In this document: positions 1 through 13,228 of the stretch, piece after piece
How positions within the stretch are numbered: position 1 is the stretch's first letter
Layout: each line of letters begins with the position of its first letter
From: Perkinsus chesapeaki ATCC PRA-425
Taxonomy: Eukaryota; Protista; Perkinsozoa
Assembly: GCA_013115145.1 (NCBI GenBank)
Contig: JAAPAO010000124.1
Coordinates: forward strand, 1 to 64,000
Length of the DNA stretch: 64,000 bases
Direction of reading: 5' to 3'
Program-made: the position numbers and the translations under genes
Notes under the pieces: model-generated
Database searches by the model: none
The model's input: the letters and a program-made list of their open reading frames with translations, nothing else
Told to the model about the DNA's origin: nothing

Positions 1-1393
1 CAACAAGCGCAACCAGCGAATCTCCCAGGGGCGCAGAGTCTACTACCTCCTCCTGATGACCTTCTTGAAGGCTTTGAACGAAGGGGTCGGAAAACTTTTC
101 ATCAGTGAGAGACTGAACAAAAGCTAAGGAAGGGACGGCGTCTACGGCAGCGCACGCGGACCCCTCTGGTTGTTGAGAGCAATCATTGCCGGAAGATTTA
201 AGTAGTATGTGGCGACCTAATTGAAGCATCTCTTCACCCAGAGCAGAGAGATGCCACACCACAGAACCAAAGTCATGAACTAGTTGATGGAGACTAAGTA
301 TGCCGCGAACAGCTAGCTTAGGCACCACTAGGACAGACGTACAGTAAGTTCGATTAGCGCATTGCAGGGTAATTTCCCTGGCTTCAGTAACTAACTGATT
401 GGCACCATTAGCAAATGACAATCTTACTGGCGATGGTAATGGTACTACTTTAGCATCATTCAGCCACTCGCTTTCAGAGTCTGAGATCAAATGCAATGCA
501 CAGCCACTATCGAGTAACCATTCAACATTATGAGTAGAACCAGAGGTTTGAGAACCAATTAGAATATCAGTTCGGATTGTTGTCAACGGAGAGCTACCAC
601 CAGTCTTGATGCCAATGTTCTTCAAGTTGATAGTAACAGTTGATTCACTCGATACTTTAGTCGCTGCTGTGGAAGCATCGTCAACTATAGCCTCTACTAC
701 ATAAGCAGTTTCCGATCTCGAAGGTGAATCATCGATAGGTACATCATCATCCGTGTTTTGCTCCACGGCTCCCACTTGCACAGCCGTGTCATCATTCTCC
801 TCCTTTACTTCCTGAGTTGCTTCTGGTCCTTCTACTCGTTGTCGTTTAGCTCCTCGCTGGCCACCATTATCTGGTCTCACTCGAATAGGTCGTCCAAGGA
901 CCTTCTTCCCATTCAACGATAGAGCCTTGGTTGCACTCTTAGGGTCCCCCAACTCAATAAGGCCAAGACCACGGTTTCTACCAGTATCTCTGTTTCTGAA
1001 TAGTCTCACTGATATCGGTACAACACCAGAGAGACGTAGGACAGAACGTAGCGCATCTAGAACTTGCTTTTCGTTCACCTCGTAACTCAGATTGCTAACA
1101 AACAATCTGCAATCCGTCTGGACATCTGCATCGGCTGTAGCAACATCTTCAACAGGCATAGCAGAGACTTCTTGAACAGGCGGCTCACTGTAGTAGTCTA
1201 TAGCACCAACGGGCGTCTTAGAAGGGAGATTCCGATTGCCAATAGTAGCCAGCTTAGCATCTCTTCTTCTAACATAAACCAGATTCTTTCTTCTGCAATA
1301 CCTCAGTAGATCATCAACGTCATGCACAAAAGTAGACAGATCAATCAACTGCTGAACCCAGCATAATGTTCGTAATGAAGTTATGAAGATGGT
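1..1393 (-). CDS. RRM + retropepsin-like aspartic protease polyprotein (partial, open at left edge; absent from ORF track)
   Basis: Manual translation gives RNP2 LFVSNL (~1105), RNP1-like RGLGLIEL and GRPIRVRP (~870). It continues with WLLDSGCALHLIS (520-482), VRLSFANG and GILSLHQL, which match Ty1/copia protease motifs. No stop down to base 1. Confidence 0.8.
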
Positions 1394-2086
1394 TTACCTT
1401 CCTTGAAGACTAAGTTTAACAATATGATTGTTGCTCGTTTCCTGTTCTCATCATCGTCGAAGGCTTTCCTCACAAGGTCGGATATCTGGAAATGAAACCC
1501 TTGGAGAGGTCCTCGCAGGGACATCCCGGAATTAAGGAGTATCCAAGCTTGGATATTCGTGCCTACATTTGTTCTGGCCAGCTGATCCATCGCATCAGGG
1601 GCATTTGGATCGATGCCGAGGATTTCAAATAGCAGGGCCTCGTATCTGAAGGATTCACAGCAGCCATTGACTCCAACATATAAGATTCACCACCTTCCAG
1701 ACAAGTCCTCCGGCTCGACTTGTAGGCTATCGGTCTCATCAGGCGGAACTGATGTGTCGTTACTTTTCAGTAGCTCTGCGAGGGCTGATGATGCTTGTCG
1801 TCTCAAAGATTCTGATGCAAATCGAGATCAAATGTCCCCAAGTTGTAGTACTTCTAGAATCAATCACCGAGCTCATCCTCCCACGATACTCGGGGTCTCG
1901 TAGGAAGGCTTCCATTTTCCGTGGGTACAAGTCGAAAAGCTCACCAAGACGCTTTACCACATCAGACCGGGTGGCTGCCAAAGACAGATCGCCTTCGCGG
2001 ACAGATCCGCCCACCTTCGGGACAGATGAGTGAGAGGAACTATTGCCGTTTCTGCTGCTGCGTTTCGAGTCGTTTGATGTCTCCAT
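1..2086 (-). mobile_element. LTR-retrotransposon-like gag-pol 5' portion (truncated by window edge)
   Basis: Gag-like N-terminal ORFs (1760-2086, 1381-1590) are followed by an uninterrupted frame from 1393 to beyond position 1. That frame contains an RRM and a copia-type protease signature. No RT or integrase lies inside the window and no LTR was identified. Confidence 0.6.
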
Positions 2087-2892
2087 ATCGTATTGACTTC
2101 CGGGCCGGATTCTGAGCTTTTCTATACTAGCAAACTGCCCTCTTTCGAGCTTACATTAAGTAGCGCTCTACCCAACTTCTCCTTTAAGACATTCTTGTCT
2201 GTATTTGGTGAGTTGTGTGGAAACCTATCAGTGTGATTTGCTCATCAACCAGAACGAGTTGAGACTTGAAACTTTGACGCTAGGCTTCTAGTGGTATGTG
2301 AACATATCCATCCGAGTTTAAACCACGGGTGAGCCCATACAGACGAGAATTTTCGGGAAAAAACGAGATATTATATTATTATTTGGCAGGCTGTAAATGG
2401 ATTAGTTGGTTAGAATAGAATAACTCATTTTCCAGTTGATCCCTCCATTGCTATCGTCATTATCACTTAAGAAGATAGTTTTGGGTTACTATGAGATCGC
2501 CCAGGAGCAACAATGAAGGATCGATCGAGCGACTTCTAAAAACGGTAACTCGCTTTTATTATGGCTCGCTATTCTGGCTTGGTAAGCCAGATTGAGGTGC
2601 TATGCAAGCTAAGCTTTTTCGGTCTTATCCATGTATGGACGCCAAGCCGCAGTAAGTGTGTCCTGTTGTCAACGGGTTACGGTAAGATTGAAGAGGCGCA
2701 CATATATCGTAACTCAACAGCAATAAGAGGTTGCCGGATGGAACCTGCCGACTGCTGGTTTTATGCGTAGCACAAGCTACTTATTGGCGTGTAGATGGTA
2801 AGAGAAAGCCAGAACAACAGACAATGATTATCCTCACTAACCAATGCTACCTGTCTGGCTAGTGAGGTACAATTAGTCTTCTAGTGAGTCTC

Positions 2893-3276
2893 TCACAGAA
2901 GCCTAGTAGTTCGAGCCATAACTGGTGAAGGTGTAGTCATGCCGCTGCATGTGCAAGGCTTGTCAGATCCTTGGCAAACACCGCCGGCTCCTGGCTGGTA
3001 TGCAGCCTTGCAATACGAGCCCATATCACCAGTCTGCTGCTGGCAGTAAGCGTCTCCAGCAGCACATCCGCCACCAGTAGGGGTTGGCGGGGCAGTTGTG
3101 ACACATGAGCATGGGGTATCAGTGAACTGGCAGACCCCTTCAGTTTGTCCTTCGTAGGCCTTGCAATATGACCCTACTTGCTCAGCAGCACATTGAGCAT
3201 CGCCTGTGGGGCAATCAGTTCCAGACACAACTTCAGATAGGGCTAAGATGGTGAGTGACAGAATGGTGCAACGCAT
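2893..3276 (-). CDS. Secreted protein with two 6-Cys modules, MOE-like (copy 1)
   Basis: Intronless 127-aa ORF with a signal peptide and two CxxGDxxC...GSYCK...GVCQ...PCxC modules. The resemblance to Perkinsus MOE is from memory and not verified. Confidence 0.85.
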   Translation of the reverse strand: MRCTILSLTILALSEVVSGTDCPTGDAQCAAEQVGSYCKAYEGQTEGVCQFTDTPCSCVTTAPPTPTGGGCAAGDAYCQQQTGDMGSYCKAAYQPGAGGVCQGSDKPCTCSGMTTPSPVMARTTRLL

Positions 3277-4358
3277 TTAGGAGGGTGAACGGTTAAACAC
3301 CTGACTAAATCAACGTAAGCGAGAATCGATGAATGAAACTCGAGTTTCATTGCCGAGTAGCAGCTTCTCCGCTGAGCACGCATGCCCATTTTCCCTCTTG
3401 GTTTTTGTCCCTATTAGCCCGATATCCGCTGGGGTGACACAAAGCACATGTTAGAGATCACATGCGAAACCTTCAGCCCGCGCGCCCGAGTGCGGAGATA
3501 GTCATACAAAGTCGGACATGTGGACTCCCGAGAGGAGAGTTTAGAGAGCTGAGATGAGACGGACGATGAGGCCTATAGAGACCCGATTAAAAAGTGGGAA
3601 AAGCGATCGCAACTAGAGATGCCTTATCACTCGTTTGCGATGAGTGAGCATAAGAACCGCCGCACGGGGGCGAGCGAACACCCCTGTAGCGGACTAGTCG
3701 CACCATGTGCAAACACACGTAGCAATTCAGTATAGTTCGTTCAGTCATAGTGCGCCCCAATAACTTGCGCTATATCCTTGAAGTGATGAACCAAAGCCTT
3801 GCCAGATTCGGGAATGACTGTGAATGCTCAATGAACGTTTTTCTCAGCATTCTGGAATGGCATCTGGCAGATCCGATCTGCCAAAGACCCATTAGTTTAT
3901 TCTCCAGTCGGCGACCTCAAGGAACCCATCGAGGCCTCAAACAAGGCAATAATGCGATGCTTAGTGTGACGAGCTGATGAAGGATCAATCGATGAGTGTC
4001 TCCTGAAAACGGTTCTCCCTACCATTATGGCTCGCTATTCTGGCTTAGTAAGCCAGATTGAGGTGCTATGCAAGCTAAGCTTTTTCTGTCTTATCGATGT
4101 ACCACCACCAATCCGCAGTAAGTGCGTCTGAGTGTCAACGGGTTACGGCAAGATTGAAGAGGCGCACATATATCGTAACTCAACACGAATAAGAGGTTGC
4201 CGGATGAAACCTGCCGACTGCTGGTTTTATGCGTAGCACAAGCTACTTACTGACTTGTAGATGGTAAGAGAAAGCCAGAACAACAGACAATGGGATAACC
4301 CACTAGCCAATGATACCTATCTGGCTAGTGAGATACAATAATATAATCAACTAGTAGG

Positions 4359-4748
4359 TCACTCGGAAGTGGGTGCTGAGGTAGTAGGTGCTCCAGTCGG
4401 TGAAGATGTCGTGCCGCTGCATGTGCAAGGCTCGTCAGATCCTTGGCACACACCGCCGGCTCCTGGCTTGTATGCAGCCTTGCAGTACGAGCCCATATCC
4501 CCAGTCTGCTTCTGGCAGTAAGCGTCTCCAGAAGCACATCCGCCACCAGTAGGGGTTGGCGGGGCAGTTGTGACACATGAGCATGGGGTATCGGTATACT
4601 GGCAGACCCCTTCAGTTTGCCCTCCGTAGGCCTTGCAATATGACCCTACTTGCTCAGCAGCACATTGGGCATCGCCTGTGGGGCAATCAGTTCCAGACAC
4701 AACCTCAGATAGGGCTAAGATGGTGAGTGACAGAATGGTGCAACGCAT
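4359..4748 (-). CDS. Secreted protein with two 6-Cys modules, MOE-like (copy 2)
   Basis: 129-aa ORF nearly identical to 2893-3276, with a short S/T/P tail. Confidence 0.85.
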   Translation of the reverse strand: MRCTILSLTILALSEVVSGTDCPTGDAQCAAEQVGSYCKAYGGQTEGVCQYTDTPCSCVTTAPPTPTGGGCASGDAYCQKQTGDMGSYCKAAYKPGAGGVCQGSDEPCTCSGTTSSPTGAPTTSAPTSE

Positions 4749-6524
4749 TTAGGAGGGTGAACGGTTAAACAACTGACTAAATCAACATAAGCGGGAATCG
4801 ATGAATGAAACCCAGGTTTCATCGCCGAGCCGCAGCTTTTCCGCTGCAAGGCGCGGCTGAGCACGCATGCTCATTTTCCCCCTCGGTTTTTGTCCCTTTA
4901 AGTATAGATGATCCGGTCATAGTGCGCCGGGATAACTTGCACTATATCCTTGGTATGATGAACTAAAGCCTTTCCAGGCTCGACAATGACAGTGAATCCT
5001 CAATGAACATCGTAAATGAGCACTCTGGAAGGGGATCTGCCAACCAGCAAACGGTCACCGAGCGCGACGTGACTCCGTGATCTGTCGCTCCCGTTAACTG
5101 AAGGGCGACCCTTGGTCGTAGTCGGGCGTATGTCCTTCGCATTCTTTCGGAAAGATGATAAAAGCTTAGCATTTGTGAGCTAGCTCCAGAAGCGGCATTA
5201 TCCTTAGGGCTAGTTTAGTCTCTCTGGCCAGCAGAAGGGCGGGACCGTCTTGGCGGTCACCGAAATTTGGTGACCGAGTGCACTACGATGCGGGGGTTGG
5301 TAGATTTAGGAGGGGTGCAGCATGCTGAAGATAATTGCAAACCACTGACTTAACACGAAGAATCGCAGGCTAAGTCCGATGTGGCGCCCTGTATGATATA
5401 CCAGTCAAGAATACAGAATAACAGATGTGATCCAATGGGAAGTTTGCAAAGTTATGCGTTGCTATTCTCCGACGCCGCCTCCGCTGGAGGATGTAGGACC
5501 CAAATTGTGGGTGGTCAGTCATACGACGGCCAGACAACCCGTAAACCCGAGAGCATATACAGTTGCGGCTGAGGCGGCCTTCGAGGTGTCGTGAACGGCT
5601 AGAGGGAATTACAACCCGATTGTCGATTCGTATTCAAGCGGCTCGGGTAAAGCCTGAATATTTCATATTTTCGCCCGAGGGCCTCAATTCGAGTTGTTCA
5701 GTTTTCACCAAATACTAAACAGTTTTCCGCACACTTTAAATCCAGGATACCGCTACACCTAGCGAAGCGTCTATCTCCGTAAGTATGATCCACTGGGGTC
5801 GTTCGGGAATGGTGGAATGGTGTGGCAGGTTGCTAACGTCACGCCTCAGGGGCTTTCCGGTCTGTCCAAATTAAAGTTCTAGGATTCCTAAGTCGATCCT
5901 AATTGGGGTCTTGTGATCCCGGTCATCACATCCTAGGTTCACCCTAGAGAATCCAGTGGTTCCTTAACTAGGAACCACTGGCTTCTCGCGGCGACTCCAT
6001 TAGCGTCCTAGGTATCTTTGCCGGCATAATTATTGGGCTGATCGGAGACTAGCAACCTTCTAGCAGTCCTTGGCAAGGTCGCAAATTGCTGTGAGAAACT
6101 CCACTTCAAACACTTGCGGATTGCGGGATGGGGGTATCAAATAGCCTTACTGAGCTTATTTTGGGAAGCCCACCTGGATGTGGCTGCGTGGCAAGACTGA
6201 ATACTTCGAGTCCTAGAGATGAAGCTTGTTGTGTCGCACCTTGCGAGCCGTTGTGTTTTGGTAATTGTACACGGGCCCTTGGATGCGTAAGTGAATTCTG
6301 CTAGGAGGAGTCGAAAAATTATTAACACAACACCGCAAGTATAAGAACGAGATGAGTTATGAACTCGAAAAGTGGCGGGAACCTTCGTAAGAATGGCGCT
6401 ATGGTTCACTCGTTCGTATCGTGCAGCACAAGTCGAGCTGACTCCAAAAGTTCCTAGTACGGTCAAATGTAAACGCCTGAGACCACAGCTTCTACAAATA
6501 GTTTACTCCCTACCGCGACCTAGT

Positions 6525-7262
6525 CTAGTGGCTCGACAACAGCTCTGGAGTAGTCGGTTCCGAAGTAGTCGGTTCTGAAGTAGTCGGCTCCGAAGTAGTA
6601 GGTTCCGAAGTAGTAGGTTCCGAAGTAGTCGGCTCCGAAGTAGTCGGCTCCGAAGTAGTAGGTTCCGAAGTAGTCGGCTCCGAAGTAGTAGGTTCCGAAG
6701 TAGTCGGCTCGAAAGTAGTAGGTTCCGAAGTAGTAGGTTCCGAAGTAGTCGGCTCCGAAGTAGTAGGTTCCGAAGTAGTCGGCTCCGAAGTAGTCGGCTC
6801 CGAAGTAGTCGGCTCCGAAGTAGTAGGTTCCGAAGTAGTAGGTTCCGGAGTAGTCGGCTCCGAAGTAGTAGGTTCTGAAGTAGTCGGCTCCGAAGTAGTC
6901 GGCTCCGAAGTAGTAGGTTCTGGCGGACAGCCGCATGTGCACGGCTGAGTCGTTCCTTGGCATACACCGCCGGGTCCAGGTCTGTATGCGGCCTTGCAGT
7001 ACGAGCCCATATCACGAGTTAGCTCTTGGCAGTAAGCGTCTCCATCAGGGCATGCGCCACCAGTAGGGGTTGGCGGAGGAGTAGGCGCACATGAGCATGG
7101 GGTATCGGTATACTGGCAGACCCCTTCAGTTTGTCCTCCGTAGGCCTTGCAGTATGACCCCTTGTGCTCAGCTTCACATTTAGCATCACCAGCGGGGCAA
7201 GTGCTTCCGGAGACAAGCTCAGCCAAGGCGAAAAAGTAAAAAGGGAGGACGGTATAACGCAT
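6525..7262 (-). CDS. Secreted two-6-Cys-module protein with EPTTS mucin stalk, MOE-like (copy 3)
   Basis: 245-aa ORF: signal peptide, the same two Cys modules, then 25 EPTT(S/P/F) repeats. Confidence 0.85.
   Translation of the reverse strand: MRYTVLPFYFFALAELVSGSTCPAGDAKCEAEHKGSYCKAYGGQTEGVCQYTDTPCSCAPTPPPTPTGGACPDGDAYCQELTRDMGSYCKAAYRPGPGGVCQGTTQPCTCGCPPEPTTSEPTTSEPTTSEPTTSEPTTPEPTTSEPTTSEPTTSEPTTSEPTTSEPTTSEPTTSEPTTSEPTTFEPTTSEPTTSEPTTSEPTTSEPTTSEPTTSEPTTSEPTTSEPTTSEPTTSEPTTPELLSSH
6546..6920 (-). repeat. Coding 15-bp minisatellite, 25 units (EPTTS)
   Basis: Units are GAACCTACTACTTCG or GAGCCGACTACTTCG on the minus strand, with no spacers. Confidence 0.95.
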
Positions 7263-8272
7263 TGTTATTTAGAGGTTCAACGGATGTCTGAAAGTCAGTC
7301 TCATCAGCTAATCGGTCTCGAAGCTTAGCTCAAAGCCGATTGCGTGCCTTGAAGTCGCGTCGTCGACATGAACTGTTGAAGGCCTTATACCCGTCATGTC
7401 GCAGCCCAGGACCGCGGCTAACAATACAACCGATTCGATCAACTATCACGAAGACAGTGAACTCTGTGAAACTGCAGGCAGTACACTCCTTTCCGGCAAT
7501 GGCATACCACAATCTTGTTGTGCGTTGGGGGACTGTGCGAGTCATCTGTTGTGTTACTCCTCCGCACACTGTCTGACATATACGTCCTGGAATAACAAAG
7601 TGTGAGGGTAACTAACGCTAATGACTTATATTCGTAGAAAGAGCATCATCATCGTATAATGCGTATCATCTAGAAGAGATAACCGGTATTAACGGATCAA
7701 GGCGGGGACATACTGCAGCGCCGCGCCGTGCGATCACTTCATATCCAGTACGTATTACACTCACATTGGCAAAACTGAGTTTCTTTGACCTTGAGAGCAT
7801 GAGATTGCCGTCAAACGCAAATTGAAGCGTTTCATATGCACTAGTGATTGGAGCGTAATTCAAAGCAACTGAGTGCTTTAACGTAACAAATGCTGAGGCT
7901 CTATTGGAGGTGAAACTGTCGTATTAGAAGACAACACAATGCTACCGTACGCAACCGCAACACCTGTGCTACCAGCGCCACACAGACCTGCGCTGCCACC
8001 ACTTGTGCTCATTCGCATTAATCGAATATAGACCCACCAGGCTGATACTTTGCCAAACCTAATAAGGGTTCATCGCTGGTACTATATGAGCTTGTATATC
8101 TGTAGATTCCTTCGGTCATGGCATTTTCGAGTTAATGTTTTCCCCCATTTTGAATACCGTCCGCGAGTCTGTGCGTTTCGCCATCCCCCAGAGGGAACTC
8201 TTTCCGCACCACTCCTCCCCAAACCGAGCCGAGACCTCGGGTGGGCTTCTAGTGGGGCCCTTAGGATTTGGA

Positions 8273-9255
8273 TCAGGATGCGCTCATCACTCTCTCAGTC
8301 TCATTGCATGCATTGTTGAGCTCTGCACCGTCCCTTAGTTTATTTAGTTGTGCCTTCAACAATCCCTGTCTCCCAGACCCACATTCAGAGGTTTCATCAT
8401 GTCTGTCATTGAATTGAATATACTTAGTGTATTCGACGCAAAACGATGAAGTTGAGTTGAAGCGTTTATAGCTCATGGCCGTGATCGTCAGATTTTCCAT
8501 CTTGACCGCCACTGCAGATGTCACTGAGGTCATCCGCCCATTCCTCGCGGGTCTCTGAAATCCCATCCTAGTTCCTTGCCACTAGGGAATCTTACTTCTC
8601 CCAGTATATCCTTCTGAGGCTAGTCCTCGTTGAGTTGCCATTTCTTTCACAAATTGTAACAGAGTAACAGTCTCTGCCTTAGCCTTTGATGGGACAGTCT
8701 TCGTTGTTTTTCTCCTTTCAAGTGGAGAAGGTGTACCACTACACTGCGCTGAACATAACCATTCGACCGTAGAGCCCTTCGATTCTCGCCATTTCCTCAA
8801 CAGCGCATACTCCCCGATATCCTCTGCAAGGCAACTTTTCGTGGTATAGCAAACTTGTCGTCACCTATCAGTTGTCGACAAATCGATGACATTCTCCTTG
8901 CCCATTGTTGACCACCCATATGTATCGATCCGCTGCCACCGCCGCCGTTGGCGTTCCCATCGCCACCTTGCGTGTCTGGTGGATTGACCCCTGGGCCGGA
9001 TAGCACGTTCATACCGTTCCTCTGAAGAGCAGAGTTTTCAGAAAAGCTTGTCGAGTTGAAAAAACCAGTAGTTTTTCGGCGAAATCGAAAATACGCAATC
9101 ACAAGTGAGCCTACATTGCGAAGACCAAAGCCTTCAAAGGTCCGCTCTTCACACATGGTGTCCAACTTATCTATCAGCTCATGCTCGGGTAGTGTTCTTG
9201 CCTGAATGATGAACAGCATCCAAGCAGTGTTAGTCTGTAACGACTGCTCCTGCAA
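8273..9255 (-). CDS. Hypothetical protein (probably multi-exon)
   Basis: Three consecutive minus-strand ORFs, with a candidate GTAAG...TTTCAG intron near 8550-8590. No family recognised. Confidence 0.35.
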
Positions 9256-9802
9256 TAAGGCTAGCGCTGACGAGTGACGGTCAAATGATATACCGGAGAG
9301 AACGACGAGGAGATTATTCTAATACGAATTGATGTATCGTAGGGAGGTATCGTTATCTTCTAAAAGTACAAGATAGTCAAAGGTTGTTCATACTTCCAAA
9401 ATGTATTATACTTTTGGATAAAAAGGTATGCTGGACGGGACATCCCAAGGTTGTTCACCAGTATCCTTTTTGAATCTTTCTCGAATTCATTATTGATTTG
9501 ATATCCTATTCCTTTGCATGCATCACATCGGTATTGGTTTGGCATTGTGAGCGAATGCATATCCTGTCACCATGAGCACGAGTATCGACCTTCATCAACC
9601 AGCCTTTCAGCCTGACCTCTTGACTCAAATTGGGTGCCTCAAGTTTGATCTGTTGAACCACCTTGCTACCGGTTGCCACAGTTATACAGATTATAATAGA
9701 TATCATCCCAATGCGAGCTGTGACCATTCGGTTGTGTTGCTAATACAAGCTGCTGCTAAGTGAAGGTGGTAACAACTCAAGGCTGTTAGTGCCAGGAACG
9801 TA

Positions 9803-10626
9803 TTATTTATCAATGTAATTGCCGCAGGCATCAACCTCTCGGGTATCTTCTTCATATTCGTCATCCTCATCACTAGAAGAATCGCTCGGTGGCATCATCC
9901 TCTGTTTCCGATGAGCCGCTTCCTCCTCAAGTCCCCGTAGGAACTCCTTCTCAGCTTCCTCGACTTCATTGGAGTTCTTGCACTGAGCGTAAAGGTCGAG
10001 CACATCTCTATTAAGTTCAAAGAACTCTTCACCCCATCCGAAACTGCCATTTAAAGTATCCTCGGCAAACTGCTTGTAACCAGTAATATAGGCTGCTGCA
10101 CAAAGTGCCTCAGCCGTGCACAGTTTTCCTCGTTTCCCAAAATTGATAGGATTTGCAGCGACTAACGTCATCGGAAGAAGTCTATAATTATGCGGAGGGA
10201 CCTTCATTCGCCTAAGATGCACAACATAGACCGATAAACAGTAGTGGCTGCTGCTTACCTTGGTATCTCATCAAGCCTGTTCCACGAACAGTTGATAGCA
10301 CCAATACCATTCTTGGCGACTATCTCTCTGTCACCACCGGAGCAGTACGCCTTCCCCTCGGCCGACAATAAAATGCCCTACGATAATAAATAGCAATACA
10401 CCTTTCAATTGGTAGTAGTTTGTACTACTTGAAATGGTACGTGTGGCTTCAAAGCTTTCGCTGCGCCCCTTTTCACCAACCGCATCCCCGTGTCCTTTTT
10501 AGGGTCATTCTGGTGGAATTCAAACATGACCAGTCGAGGATTCTTTTGCTGCTCTCGAACCTGAGGTGCCTCCGACGAAGTCGCCGAGGAGGAGAATTCA
10601 TCAGATGGCCCCACCGGCGGCGGCAT
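9803..10626 (-). CDS. TSR3: 18S rRNA aminocarboxypropyltransferase Tsr3 (2-3 exons)
   Basis: FEFHQNDPKKDTG, GIGAINCSWNRLDE, RLLP.LVAANPINFG..KLCTAEAL, FGWGEEFFELN and an acidic tail. Confidence 0.95.
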
Positions 10627-10980
10627 TGAGATGAGTAAGCAGAAGTGTGTCTTATTGGCAGTCCAGAACTATGCAACGCAATTCATTCAGTAAATAACAG
10701 TAATCGGGATTAACGACCACCTTCCATAGCAGCATAATTCTTCCTCTAGCAATATGATAATGATAACCACTAACAAGGCAAAGGCACAGTAAGGCTCCGG
10801 TATAGGAGATATATTGTGGTTGAGGAGGAGGACGCCATCATCATCAAGACATCATTATTGAACCTTCATATTATTATTATTAGTAAAAAACGATACGATT
10901 CGGTGAGTGAGACAGCGGACAACAGCTTCTATCTAAAAATGCTACTTCTTCTTCTTCATCATATATACCATCATCCCTCC

Positions 10981-13057
<2,077 letters not shown>

Positions 13058-13156
13058 ACACAAAGGCACTACGACACATTACCGCTCACAGTCGTTAACA
13101 ACAACAACGACAACAAGAGTCACCACAGGAAGGGACTTTGGCTTGTCGTGAGCTTA

Positions 13157-13165
13157 GCGCGCGCC
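13157..13165. promoter_or_regulatory. GCGCGCGCC motif in the MAPK/CFAP65 divergent spacer
   Basis: The motif is seen directly and recurs in two other divergent spacers. Function is inferred only. Confidence 0.3.
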
Positions 13166-13228
13166 ATTCTAATCGATTTATATTAACCACCCACCCCCAT
13201 CCCTCGTGCTGTTGTCATCAGCAGAAGA

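Larger units (their letters stand above)
2503..5040. repeat. Tandem segmental duplication (~1.47 kb period) carrying the first two Cys-module genes
   Basis: 2503-2880 matches 3977-4340; the CDSs are near-identical; 3276-3415 matches 4748-4900; 3735-3870 matches 4910-5040. Confidence 0.9.

Noticed and set aside
2320-2340. Possible tRNA-iMet half-molecule primer-binding site (minus strand TATGGGCTCAC)
   Set aside because: Only ~10 nt of imperfect complementarity, no preceding LTR-terminal CA, and no LTR pair identifiable in the window.
6546-6920. CRISPR-like periodic array
   Set aside because: Contiguous 15-bp units with no unique spacers; it is coding sequence in a eukaryotic gene.
6503-7015. 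ORFs 6503-7015 and 6520-6963 (NLLLR and TYYFG repeats)
   Set aside because: Alternative frames of the EPTTS minisatellite; only the 6525-7262 frame has the signal peptide and Cys modules.
8797-9255. Faint resemblance to a CRESS-virus Rep N-terminus (WMLFIIQ...YFRFRRKT)
   Set aside because: No HxQ motif II, no YxxK motif III and no Walker A helicase motif.
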